A stretch of DNA of 64,000 nt, taken from assembly GCA_051530055.1 (NCBI GenBank), contig CM121342.1, positions 6,199,489-6,263,488 of the forward strand, read 5' to 3'. How positions within the stretch are numbered: position 1 is the first letter of the stretch; the number at the start of each line of letters is the position of its first letter. Origin of the DNA: Neoechinorhynchus agilis (taxonomy: Eukaryota > Animalia > Acanthocephala). A program made the translations under genes and the position numbers. A model generated the notes under the pieces. It was not told the DNA's origin. It saw only the letters and a program-made list of their open reading frames with translations, and ran no database searches. Shown here in pieces: positions 1 to 12,200 of the stretch.

Positions 1-95
1 TTTGTATGTCACAACTCAACTTTTGTTTTGTTTCAAATTGCTTTTGTTGTTTTAATTTCATCGTTCTCCTCAAAAGACGCCACATTTAAGATCAA

Positions 96-1699
96 ATGCA
101 AACGGTAAAACTGAGTTCGATTTTGAGTGTCAGTAGTGAAGATTCAAATTATCCAGCCTGTAATTTACTTTCGTCCGACACATTCCGGAAATGGTCATGC
201 CGAATCGATCGATCGGGTAAATCGATGTGCGATGGACAATGCGTTGTTATCGTTGAGGTTTGTGTGTTTTTGCCGGTTTTATGGACTTCATCTTCGATTT
301 TTTTAACCGTGCAGCTCGAACGTCCAAGTGAAATTTGCAGAATCGATATTGGAAACAATGGATCCGCTTTTGTAGAAATATTCGGTGGGAGGGCTTGTGA
401 GCCCGACAATTTTCAGAGTCTATTGCCTGCGTCGATGTTAATGTCTCCGACCGAAAGTCGAGACCAATCGAATCCGAATCGCGTTCGAATGTTCAACGAT
501 TGCGATTTGTCGTCAAGGGGAGAAAAATACGACCGCCTAAAAATTGTGTGCAGTCAAAACTTTAACAAAGATGCGCCGTTCGGTCTGTCGTTTATAAAAT
601 TAATGGCAAAAAACAATTCCAAAGAGGTAATCTTTTTATTCTTCTTTTTACGTCTTTTTGTTTCATTTTCGGTTCCGTCGGCAACTGGCGTGAACGAATT
701 TATCGTCGAAGAGAAATCGACGGAACGAATCAGACCAGGATCGTTTTTTAAAATGAATTCGGGCAACCAATCGCCGACGATGGACGTTGAACCGTCTGAG
801 AAACGAACGAAAATAGAGAAACCCGAGGAGCCAATTGATTCACAGCATTTTTCCGAGATTTTGGTTGGCTGCAAGTTTTCTTTAAGTGGCTATGAAAATC
901 CACGCCGAGCGGAAATTCGAGATAAAGCCGTTCAAATGGGAGCTCAATATTTTCCTAAGTGGACTCAATTTTGCACGCATTTAATGTAAAAAACAAATCG
1001 ATTTTATCTTCTGTTTTAATTTTCTCATAGATGCGCATTTCCGAACACTCCAAAATACGAGGAAGCTCATAGAAATGGCGGAATTATTGTGTCCGAAAAA
1101 TGGATTCTTGACTGTGAGAGAATGAAAAGAAAATTGGACACTGAAAAGTGAGTTCATTTACCTTTGGGTTTTCTTTGTTCTCTCGTTTTTAGATATTTGG
1201 TTCAAAGAAATGTTCAAAGACGTAATGATCCGGGTAAAAGATTTGGTCGATGAAGTTTTGTAAAATAATGTTTCTTTCTCTAGAAATTAATAGAATGGAC
1301 AATGCTGACAATCGTTGCGTTGGTTTTCAAGCTCCGATGTCCGACAATTCACCTTTTTTTTCTATATTTCAGATAAAATTTCCGAATGTCTTTAAAGATG
1401 AAAGAATATTTTTGGCTACTGATTTATCGGAAGCTGATAAACGGGAATGTAGACGACTGATAGCGGCGTTCGGCGGTTCGGTTTCTGGCATTTTGGACGA
1501 AGAAACGACGACAATTGTCGCGGATTCATCTGATTGGTTGAATGAAAATGAAGTACGCAATAAAATGTTTTATGATTTCAATTTATTCTTTTATTAGGGA
1601 ATTAAAAAGAATGGCGTTGAAATCGTAAGCATTGAGTGGTTGCAGGAATGTCACGATTCTGAATGTAAGGCGGATAAAACAATTTTCAAATTAAACTAA
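96..1699 (+). CDS. XRCC1: DNA repair protein XRCC1 (N-terminal domain + two BRCT domains), multi-exon
   Basis: MQTVKLSSILSVSSED..NLL..DTFRKW, IDIGNNGSAFVEI, NPNRVRMF, LSGYENPRRAEIRDKA..MGAQY, THLICAFPNTPKY match XRCC1 motifs. Introns inferred at 258-314, 627-671 (GT..CG), 986-1030, 1148-1192, 1234-1283, probably 1319-1372, and 1553-1597. Stop TAA at 1697-1699. Confidence 0.92.
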
Positions 1700-2495
1700 A
1701 AATGGATTTGAGTCAATTAAATTCCACGGCGATATTTCACTTGATGAAGATTCTGAGATATTTCCTTTTTTGTTATTAAAATCACGTCAAATGATGTTTT
1801 TGTTTTTAAAAGCTACTTAAAAAATGGGATTTGGAGAATGTGATTATTAAACACCGTCAAAATGAAGTTGTTTTTTCATGCTGTTCAAAAAAGTTTCTCT
1901 CTTTTGAATAAGATTTTCGCGAGATTCCTAGAGAAGAAATCGTTTATAATTCTTATTTAAGTGTTCCGAAAATTAAACTAAAAATGGATTTTAGCCAATT
2001 AAATTCCACGGCGATATGTTCACTTGATGAAGATTCTGAGATATTTCCTTTTTTTGGTTATTAAAATCACGTCAAATGATGTTTTTGTTTTTAAAAGCTA
2101 CTTAAAAAATGGGATTTTGAGAATGTGATTATTAAACACCGTCAAAATTAAGTTGTTTTCGTGCTCTTCAAAAAAGTTTCTCTCTTTTGAATAAGATTTT
2201 CGCGAGATTCCTAGAGAAGAAATCGTTTATAATTCTTATCTAAGTGTGCCGAAAATTAAACTAAAAATGGATTTTAGCCAATTAAATTCCACGGCGATAT
2301 GTTCACTTGATGAAGATTCTGAGATATTTCCTTTTTTTGGTTATTAAAATCACGTCAAATGATGTTTTTGTTTTTAAAAGCTACTTAAAAAGATTGGATT
2401 TTGAGAATGTGATTATTAAACACCGTCAAAATGAAGTTGTTTTTTCATGCTCTTCAAAAAAGTTTCCAAAGGGTAGAAATTCTTATTTAAGTGCC
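1688..2495. repeat. Tandem array, ~282-bp unit, ~2.8 copies, between convergent XRCC1 and PKA-R-like genes
   Basis: aaattaaactaaaaatggattt recurs at ~1688, ~1971, ~2253; third copy carries an internal deletion. Confidence 0.9.
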
Positions 2496-4323
2496 GAAGA
2501 GATAATTTTAGACAGAATATCAAAAGGAAGAATTCCAAGCACAACTTTACTCGATGCTCGCGCTTGAACGCACTCTTCTCCATGTCGCGAATGCGTTCCG
2601 AAATGTTCTCCATCACTTAATTCTTGTTTTTTTGATAGTTTGTTTTCTGAATTTCGTTCCAGGATCACTCGACCAGATTCGATAAAGAAAATCTCATTCA
2701 CATGTTGGCCTTTTTGGATGATGTATTCGCCTTCTTTATCAGGGAGTGGTACTTTAAATAGCTAAGTTTGACGATTATAAAATGAATTAGAACGATTGAA
2801 AGGTTTTAGTTGGAATTGTCGGCTTAAAATAATGAAATTCAATCGTTAATGGATAGAAAATCTAATTGTGAAGAGAGAAAATGTACGATCATTGATAATA
2901 ACGAAACCTTGTTGTGCGATTTGGTGTAAAATTCTCCGCAAATGTCTTCAAAAGTCTCAAAGAATTGGGAAAACGTTTTAGCCTAATTTGATTCTCGCTT
3001 TCTCGGGCCGAAGGATTCATCGCTTTGGAGACACAACAAATGTAAAAATTGCTATAAGTTATTCAGAGGAAACGCTGGATACGATAAACATTGAAAAGAA
3101 CGCTTTGGAATGTTGGCGAAACAAAATTTAAAGGATAAAATGCCAATTCTTATGGGAAACCTCATTTCCCAGAAATACCAGGAGAAGGCTGTTGGAGGTA
3201 ACGAAATGCAAACTGGTCAAGACGCTTAATTTAGAAAGTATTTTTAATCGCGGAACATTTTATGGCGTAGAAAAATTAAAATGATTTTATTTTCAAATAT
3301 CCGATTGTTTTCGCAGGTGCACAATCTTGTACGCCATGTTTGTTTGCAAGTGTTTTTATCGGATTTAAAAATAAAATCATTTTAGTTTCTCCGTCAAAAA
3401 AACCAACCAATCAAGGAACAGAAAATGATCGCACATCTCCATCATCTCGAAGGATTTTCCGTTGATGATGTTGTCGTTTTTAAAAGCAGTAGACAAAAAA
3501 CCCTCTGTAGTACCAATCTTTGAACGTCGAAAATCTTTTCCTTCATCGACAGGATTAAACGATGCTTTTGAGTTCTTGTAAGCATATCGAATTTCCTATG
3601 CAGATCCATTGCTGAAACCAAATTATTTGCACTCCATCGAAAGTTTTGAACGATCGCCAATTTGAAATCACGTCGATGAAGTTTCCAAAGTATGCCATCG
3701 CTGACCGATAAAGCCGTACTGAACCGCTGTCCGCCATTTAGCATCGCAAGTTCTCCAAAATGTCCTGAATGTCGAAGAGTTTCCCCGAGGATTCCGTCGA
3801 TGAAGATCTGGAATACTCCTTCAGCAACTATGAACATTTCCGATGACTTATCATCTCCTTGGTTAAATATCCGTTCTCCTGCCAGAGTTTCAACTTTCTC
3901 CATTGTATCGATCATCGTTTGAAGATGCGCTTCGTTCCTACCTATAAAATACGGTATTTTTAACAGCTCCTCTTTTATTCTGTATCGTTCATTCTCGCTC
4001 TTGTTATGAACACCAAAATAGTTTTGTTGTGGTTCATCATAAAATTTGTCGCGGTCGTAAATCATTCGGTGAACGTTATTGGCGACTATCGCCGTGCCAA
4101 TTGGAACGTCTTCACTCGAACTGTTCATTCCTTCTTGTACATCCACAGAGTGGAAACTTTCTTGGACACTAAGTTTATCTTTTGTTTGCTTCGTTTTAAG
4201 TTCATCGAAAAAGTTCTCAGAAAACTCAATCAAATCTTCTGGATTCTGGTTAAGAATGCAAGTGATAAGATCATCTAGAATAGTAAGAAGGTTTTGAGGA
4301 AGCTCTTGTTTTCCTACGGTCAT
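2483..4323 (-). CDS. cAMP-dependent protein kinase type II regulatory subunit-like protein (RIIa D/D domain + two cNMP-binding domains), divergent
   Basis: ELPQNLLTILDDLITCILNQNPEDLIEFSENFF resembles the RIIa docking domain. GERIFNQGDD..MFIVAEG..GHFGELAML..R is cNMP domain A. Second exon KEGEYIIQKGQHVNEIFFIESG (2737-2483) is domain B. Intron boundaries uncertain (2738-3528 or 2762-3525). Confidence 0.8.
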
Positions 4324-4415
4324 CTCTCTCTCATTTCTGAACTTTGTTTTAACGTTTCACGTATCCATGGTAACCAAACTTGGAAATGAGTCCAAGAGTT
4401 TCTCTATAAAACTAT

Positions 4416-6110
4416 ACCGACATTTGAGCACTCTTCTAAACTATTTTAAGTGTTTTTTACTAATACAAACCAATTACATGCCTAAAAAATAAGCCGGGTG
4501 GCTTGCTTTCTGTTGGTGCAGAAAGTTGAGATTCAAACTATAGAAATGATCGCCTGGGACCGACATTTGAACACTCTTCTAAACTATTTTAAGTGTTTTT
4601 TTTAATAGTCCAAACCAATTACATGCCTAAAAAATAAGCCGGGTGGCTTGCTTTCTGTTGGTGCAGAAAGTTGAGATTCAAACTATAGAAATGATCGCCT
4701 GGAATCGACATTTGAACACTCTTCTAAACTATTTTAAGTGTTTTTTACTAATCCAAACCAATTACATGCCTAAAAAATAAGCCGGGTGGCTTGCTTTCTG
4801 TTGGTGCAGAAAGTTGAGATTCAAACTATAGAAATGATCGCCTGGGACCGACATTTGAACACTCTTCTAAACTATTTTAAGTGTTTTTTACTGACTTGTT
4901 CATATCATCATTAAAGCTAAATCAAACCAATTACATGCCTAAAAAATAAGCCGGGTGGCTTGCTTTCTGTTGGTGCAGAAAGTTGAGATTCAAACTATAG
5001 AAATGATCGCCTGGAACCGACATTTGAACACTCTTCTAAACTATTTTAAGTGTTTTTTTACTAGTCCAAACCAATTACATGCCTAAAAAATAAGCCGGGT
5101 GGCTTGCTTTCTGTTGGTGCAGAAAGTTGAGATTCAAACTATAGAAATGATCGCCTGGAATCGACATTTGAACACTCTTCTAAACTATTTTAAGTGTTTT
5201 TTACTAGTCCAAACCAATTACATGCCTAAAAAATAAGCCGGGTGGCTTGCTTTCTGTTGGTGCAGAAAGTTGAGATTCAAACTATAGAAATGATCGCCTG
5301 GGACCGACATTTGAACACTCTTCTAAACTATTTTAAGTGTTTTTTACTGACAAGTTAATAATCCAAACCAATTACATGCCTAAAAAATAAGCCGGGTGGC
5401 TTGCTTTCTGTTGGTGCAGAAAGTTGAGATTCAAACTATAGAAATGATCGCCTGGAATCGACATTTGAACACTCTTCTAAACTATTTTAAGTGTTTTTTT
5501 TATTAGTCCAAACCAATTACATGCCTAAAAAATAAGCCGGGTGGCTTGCTTTCTGTTGGTGCAGAAAGTTGAGATTCAAACTATAGAAATGATCGCCTGG
5601 GACCGACATTTGAACACTCTTCTAAACTATTTTAAGTGTTTTTTACTGACAAGCCGGTTTGTTTCATATCATCATTAAAGCCATAAATCCAAACCAATTA
5701 CATGCCTAAAAAATAAGCCGGGTGGCTTGCTTTCTGTTGGTGCAGAAAGTTGAGATTCAAACTATAGAAATGATCGCCTGGGACCGACATTTGAACACTC
5801 TTCTAAACTATTTTAAGTGTTTTTTACTCAAGCCGGTTTGTTTCATATCATCATTAAAGCCATAAATCCAAACCAATTACATGCCTAAAAAATAAGCCGG
5901 GTGGCTTGCTTTCTGTTGGTGCAGAAAGTTGAGATTCAAACTATAGAAATGATCGCCTGGGACCGACATTTGAACACTATTCTAAACTATTTTAAGTGTT
6001 TTTTTTATTAGTCCAAACCAATTACATGCCTAAAAAATAAGCCGGGTGGCTTGCTTTCTGTTGGTGCAGAAAGTTGAGATTCAAACTATAGAAATGATCG
6101 CCTGGAACGA
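4416..6110. repeat. Tandem array, ~148-bp unit, ~11 copies, some with a ~35-bp insertion variant
   Basis: acatttgaacactcttctaaactattttaagtg...gatcgcctgg repeated head-to-tail upstream of the PKA-R-like start. Confidence 0.95.
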
Positions 6111-7043
6111 AAATGCGGATTATGGAAAATGCGTTTAAAATGAAGTACATGAAAAAGTTTGGCTAAAAGATAAAGAATTGACAAACTCTTCTAAACGGAA
6201 AAATGAAGAGAATGAGTGTATTTGGGACATATTTCCGGGCGTTTTCTTCGTGACCAGAGGCAAAACTTTTTGTAGATAAAAATGTATGGAAACCCGCTCG
6301 CAATTCATCACATCATCGATAACTCGCTTAATTTGTGGACAAGAAGCGAATGAGTGATCACTGATTCACGCGAACGATTTAACGCACTAAAGTAGTAGCA
6401 GCTTGATGTTTTTATACTTCCTTTTTTCTCTCAAATTGCATACACTCAAAACCTTACGGCATGTCTTTTTGAGAGCCTCTCGGCTAACTCACACACTTCG
6501 GAGGCGCTCAGTAGCACTCGAAGGGACAGAGCCACCCCTCTTCTGGGGTCGATAGGCGAGCTAAAACATGATCCCCTACTCTTACAACAGCCTCGCAACC
6601 CCCCCCCCGTAACCCAGCGACCAATCGATCGCATTTTTTGTTGAAATTTCGATTACCAACACCTTTTTACACCCCTGGGTTTCACTAAAATATATTTTGA
6701 TTTCAGGATTGCGAGGAGTGATGTAAAGAGTGACTATGAAAGCCAGGTTCGAAACGTTTTTAATAAAAAATAATTTACTTGGCGAGAGTCCCACCAGATA
6801 AACTATTTGACAATGCTTCTTTTAAATTGTAGATTGACTAAAGAAGGCCAACGAAAAGGCCGAAAAGTTTCAAGATAAATCTATTTCTGAATCAAACATC
6901 GCTAATTGAAACTAAAATAATTATTCACTACAAAGTATTGAATGGGCTCGGTGTCAAAATGCTCGCTCCCAATAACCAAAATATTTATGATTCGCGTTTT
7001 GGAAAGTGTTTAAAAGATAGTACGTTTAAGACAAAAAAATAGC

Positions 7044-10000
7044 TTACAATCGGTACTTTTTGAACAATGGATGCCTTTCCTTTTGTTTGGCCGCAGACGT
7101 CGATTGTCCTGATGCTAATGCGCCAGATAATCCTCCAAGACCGGATCCTTTACTTCTATTGTAAGTCCTTCTTTCTTTTGCAATGGTTGCACCGTCATTT
7201 GCGTTAGCTTCCATTTCCATTTCAGCTGTTATGGCAAGTGTCCGAGTGAGAATGTTCCGCTCGTCCGCTTCAGACATGGCACTTTTTCGGCTACAATTGG
7301 ACGTTGATACAATCTCAAAAGCGCTGATATTTCTATAAGTGTATCCTTGATTTACAAGGAAGCTCTGTCTTTTGGTCGAAAAGTAAATCTCCGGAGTATC
7401 TAACGAAACCAGTGTATAAAAGAAAGCATTGTACTCTTGAGCCGAAGTTCCTTTCTTTGGCCTTAGAATACGTCCAAGTCGTTGTGCTTCCTGACGTCTT
7501 GAACCAGCTTGGCTACTGATTTGGATGAGGACATTTGCATCGGGTAAATCAAAACTCGTATCGGCCACTTTGGAAACAAAAATCGTCTTTATGTTTGGAT
7601 TATGGATAAAATTACTTAGAACCCGGAGACGTTCGGCTTGTGTCATTGGACCGTGAATAAATGGTTTTCCTAGTCGAATTGCATAGTCCTTCAGAGCAAA
7701 GACACTGTCACTGAATACGATGATCTTGTCGTTCATCCGTTCGTGGTAATTAATGAGAAACTCACATGTTTTGAACTTATTCGGGTTCATGACAGCAAGA
7801 GCGTTCTTAACTCGAGATCTATCTGAGTCCAGAAATTCAGAAAAGAACTCTTTTGTCATTGGACACGATACTTCGGCACATATGACTTTGGCCAGAAATC
7901 CTTGACGTTGCAAATCCATCCAGTTAGCTTCATACAACTTTGGACCAATTAAGAAGTTCAAGTCTTCGATTTTATCATCTTCACGGAGAAGTGTAGCGGT
8001 CAAACCCAGTTTACAGTGAGCTCGGATAATGGTCAGAACACGTCGAAACATCCGAGCTGGTATCGTATGAACTTCGTCCAGCAAAAGAAGACCCCATTCG
8101 ACCGAGTTTATCCACTCCATCACTCGGTGAGCTTCATAAGACCGTTTTTGGCTATGGGCAATCATGGAATATGTACTGACGAGAACATTCGAATCAATTG
8201 CGTTCTCCTTTACTTCTGCTGTGAAACGGCATACCTGACTTTCAGTTGCATTCGTCCAAAGTAAAAATTGATCTCGCCATTGTTCAACCGATACACCACT
8301 GTTGCATAGAACCATATCAAAAGACGGTTGCTTTAAAAAGAAAGAAGTGTGAGATTCTAATAACAAAAACTTCAAATCTAGCAAGAAAATGAGAAGACCA
8401 TTGAAAGTGTCCATGGTCAAATTCATTGAGAAAACGGAATAATTCGGCGGCATTAAAAAAAGGATTCAAAATTAGGTTTTTTTTCTTCAAAAAAAGAAGA
8501 TTGATAAAGCAGGAAAATCTCAAAAAAAAGACCATTTGAAGTGTCCATAATCAAATTTATTGAGAAAATGGAATAATTCGGCGGCATTAAAAAAAGAATT
8601 CAAAATTAGGTTTTTGTTCTTCAAAAAAAAGAAGATTGATAAAGTAGGAAAATCTCAAAAAAAAGACCATTGAAAGTGTCCATAATCAAATTATTGAGAA
8701 AAGGAATAATTCGGCGGCATTAAAAAAAGATTCAAAATTAGGTTTTTGTTCTTCAAAAAAAGAAGATTGATAAAGTAGGAAAATCTCAAAAAAAAGACCA
8801 TTAAGTGTCCATGGTCAAATTTATTGAGAAAACGGAATAATTCGGCGGCATTAAAAAAAGAATTCAAAATTAGGTTTTTGTTCTTCAAAAAAAGAAGATT
8901 GATAAAGCAGGAAAATCTCAAAAAAAGACCATTGAAAGTGCCCATGGTCAAATTCATTGAGAAAACGTAATTCGGCGGCATTAAAAAAAAGAATTCAAAA
9001 TTAGGTTTTTGTTCTTCAAAAAAAGAAGATTGATAAAGCAGGGAAATCTAAAAAAAAAGACCATTGAAAGTGCCCATGGTCAAATTCATTGAGAAAACGT
9101 AATTCGGCGGCATTAAAAAAAAGAATTCAAAATTAAGAATTAAATAGAAGATTGATAAAGCAATTGTCTTTTTTCTTTACACCTTTTATTGATGGTGCAC
9201 GCAGCGGCAACTCCAACAAGGGTTTTCCCAGCTCCACAAGGTAAAACGATGATTCCTGACCTTGCCCGACTTCCACTAAGCATTTTCGACAGTCCTTCAC
9301 GTTGATACTCTCTTAGACTCGCTCGACTTTTCAAACTAATATTAATATCGGCTAGAGTTGTATCATTACGAAATTCGTATTCGCTTAAAAGAGGATAATC
9401 TAACTCAAGAACTCTTTTTTGGACCAATTCAATTTTATCCTGTTTAATGACGGCACGAAGACAGTTAACTTCTGGAGCGCCACTTTCTTCGTCAAGTGAA
9501 TTTTCGTCCATTTGAATGGCATTAACATTTTCTTTGATTGCGTTAAGATCAGTGCTAGTTTTTTGAAATTCATCAAGTTGATAAGCTGAAGTATTGAGAT
9601 CTATACACTGTTTTATAACCGAGTCTTGTAAAAGATCGCCCATAATGTCATCATGTTCACTTTCTATAAAATAAAGACTTCCACGAAGAACTACTTTGAT
9701 TTTTCCGTAACGCTGAGTACATTCCCTCACGAATCCATTGACGTCTTCAGGAATATAATTTTTAGAGAATTTGTTCATTGTATTCAGAATTTCTTCAGTT
9801 TTACATCCAACTGAAACTGCAGCGTATAGAGAATAACTCGTTAGCCGATAATGATGAATGATGTCGCATCGACTTATAGGCTCAGCTATGGCTAATAAGA
9901 ATTGACAACATTGTTTAAAAAGAGGAGAAAAGGCTTCAGCGATGAAAACACCCGATGGTAGAGTCCACATCGGTAATGGATCTGAGTCAGGTTTCATCAC

Positions 10001-10459
10001 CATCGCTTCACGATAATCCTCGACATCCTTCTCAATAGTATCATCTTCATCGTATAATCTATTTTGACCACCAATTGTTTTACTTGCAGCTTTTGGCAAA
10101 ATAGCTCCCAACGTTTCGTCTAGTTCACTATCGGACAAATCAACGAAGTTTGAATTTTCCTCCAATGCATTCTCTTCTAATTCCTCTTGAATCACGTTAG
10201 TATCCGTTTCCGGATTGTAGGAATCATCGTCCGCGTCCCCGGATTCGTCGTCATCGTCCTCATTGTAAGTAGGATCTTGATGTGAATCCTCTTTTATGGA
10301 CTGCTGCTGCTGCTCTGAAGTATCCGAATTTTCATGCGACAATGTGAAACTAAGACCGGATGAATCGTTGTCTTCATTATCGTTATTAGAACTCTCATCT
10401 CGTCGTTTCTTTGGAACCGGGTTATAGTCACAATCATCGTGTTCGGACTTATGCGACAT
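7044..10459 (-). CDS. ERCC3: TFIIH helicase/translocase XPB, two exons
   Basis: [82 protein letters not shown]. Exon 1 10459-~9179, exon 2 ~8315-7044. Confidence 0.97.
8395..9137. repeat. Tandem array, ~122-bp unit, ~6 copies, inside the XPB intron
   Basis: ccattgaaagtg(t/c)ccat...taattcggcggcattaaaaaa...gattgataaagc repeated. Confidence 0.93.
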
Positions 10460-10795
10460 CTTAAATAATAAATGAAATTTTTGAAGGAAACAACATTAAA
10501 CGAAAAAATAAACTATGAGAATATTTTTCGCATACTAAAAATGAAATCTTACAAGTAAAGAACGTCTGAAAAAACACTCAAGTGTCTCAAATTAATCGAT
10601 CTGGAAAACGTTTTAATCAGCAATCGTCGATATAAACTAAGATCAAAACAAATAACAACTTTGCAAAACTCTTTTGATTGAAGCTCCGTTGGCGTTCTGA
10701 CTAATTTTCACCGTATACTCTCAAGCCAACAACTCGATTGAAAATAATCTACGTTTTTAGTCGAGTTGTTGGCTTTAGAAAAGATGCCGACGAAA

Positions 10796-11564
10796 TTGGA
10801 ATTATTGTTTAGAAGTCTTCATTCGCGGTAAATGATTTCTTTTCGATTAAAAAGACGTTCAGTGAACCTCGTTGGGTTCATCATCAGTTCTAAAGAAGTG
10901 GATGATACCATTTCGGTTAGCAATGAAGACAGAGTTTATAACCCCGTTGTTTCTGTTCTTTAATTAAGAAGGCTTTTTTTTAATTAAGAACGTCGAAAAT
11001 TATAACGTTCGATTGCTAATACCTTCGTTTGGTCGTAATTAAACACGTGACCACTTTGCACCTCGTTCAATGCGATATTTGACGATATCGCCTTCTGAGT
11101 CTTGGACCATTTATGTTCCTCGTCTTCAGATTTCGGTCTGTTTGTCCAATCGAATTGCTGTTTCATTAGCCATAAGAAACGAGGAACACTCAGTCAAACG
11201 AAACATCCATGGGTCCGACTAACAGCAATTCGATTGGACAAACAGACCGAAACCTGAAGACGAGATTGCAGAATATCGTCAAATATCGCGTTGAACGAGG
11301 TGCAAAGTGGTCACGTGTTCAATTACGACCAAACGAAGGTATTAGCAATTGAACGTTATAATTTTCGACGTTCTTAATTAAAAAAAGCCTTCTTAATTAA
11401 AGAACAGAAACAACGGGGTTATAAACTCTGTCTTTATTGCTAACCGAAATGGTATCATCCACTTCTTTAGAACTGATGATGAACCCAACGAGGTCCACAG
11501 AACGTCTTTTTAATCGAAAAGAAATCATTTGCCGCGAATGAAGACTTCTAAACAATAATTCCAA
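10796..11564. mobile_element. ~770-bp foldback/palindromic non-autonomous element (MITE-like)
   Basis: 10796-11162 is the near-perfect reverse complement of 11221-11564; 58-nt spacer; no convincing ORF. Confidence 0.75.
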
Positions 11565-12200
11565 TAATCACATTCCCCCCGGTACCTCACATATCGAAAC
11601 GTCGACATAATTCCTTTTTTGAATATAGATTCAGACTTTGAAGAAACTCTATGACAATTCTTTACAAATTCATGAAACGTTAATCCTTTTTCTCGCTCGC
11701 TTTTTAACTGTCTAAAGGCGTCTTTTAAATCAATGGGAAGATCAATTGGGTTTTTTTGAATAGATTCTAATTTTGGGAGATTACTTTTTTATGGCGGAAA
11801 TCGAAGATAGCGAAAAAATGACATATTTAAAGTTGGAATGTCTTTGCGCATTTTTTCGATCATCCTTTAATTATAGACCGCTGATTATCGATAATTGAAA
11901 CGCTAGACAATAAAGAAAAAGAAATTTTCGGTAGCTTGGAAATGTGGCGGTCTACCGAGTACTGAAAGGGGTTCTCTCTTGATTATCAATATTAATTTTG
12001 TTTTTCAAATACTCGTTTTGCACAACAATCTAAATGGGTTAATTGGATCATCCGATTATTAGGTGTCTTCTGATTAATCGTAATCGACAGTAATTTGTTA
12101 TCTTTTCGAAAATACACAAAGCATTCAAAAAATCTGTTGTTGCCCTCAAACCGACGAACCATTTTGGCTAAATTAAAATAGAAAATAATCATCATTAAAT

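Noticed and set aside
149-4297. Short ORFs overlapping XRCC1 and the PKA-R-like gene on the opposite strand
   Set aside because: Antisense shadows of real coding sequence.
8317-8981. ORFs MPPNY.. and the N-terminal extension of ORF 7044-8453
   Set aside because: They lie in the XPB intron repeat; the XPB-homologous sequence resumes at MVLCNS (8315).
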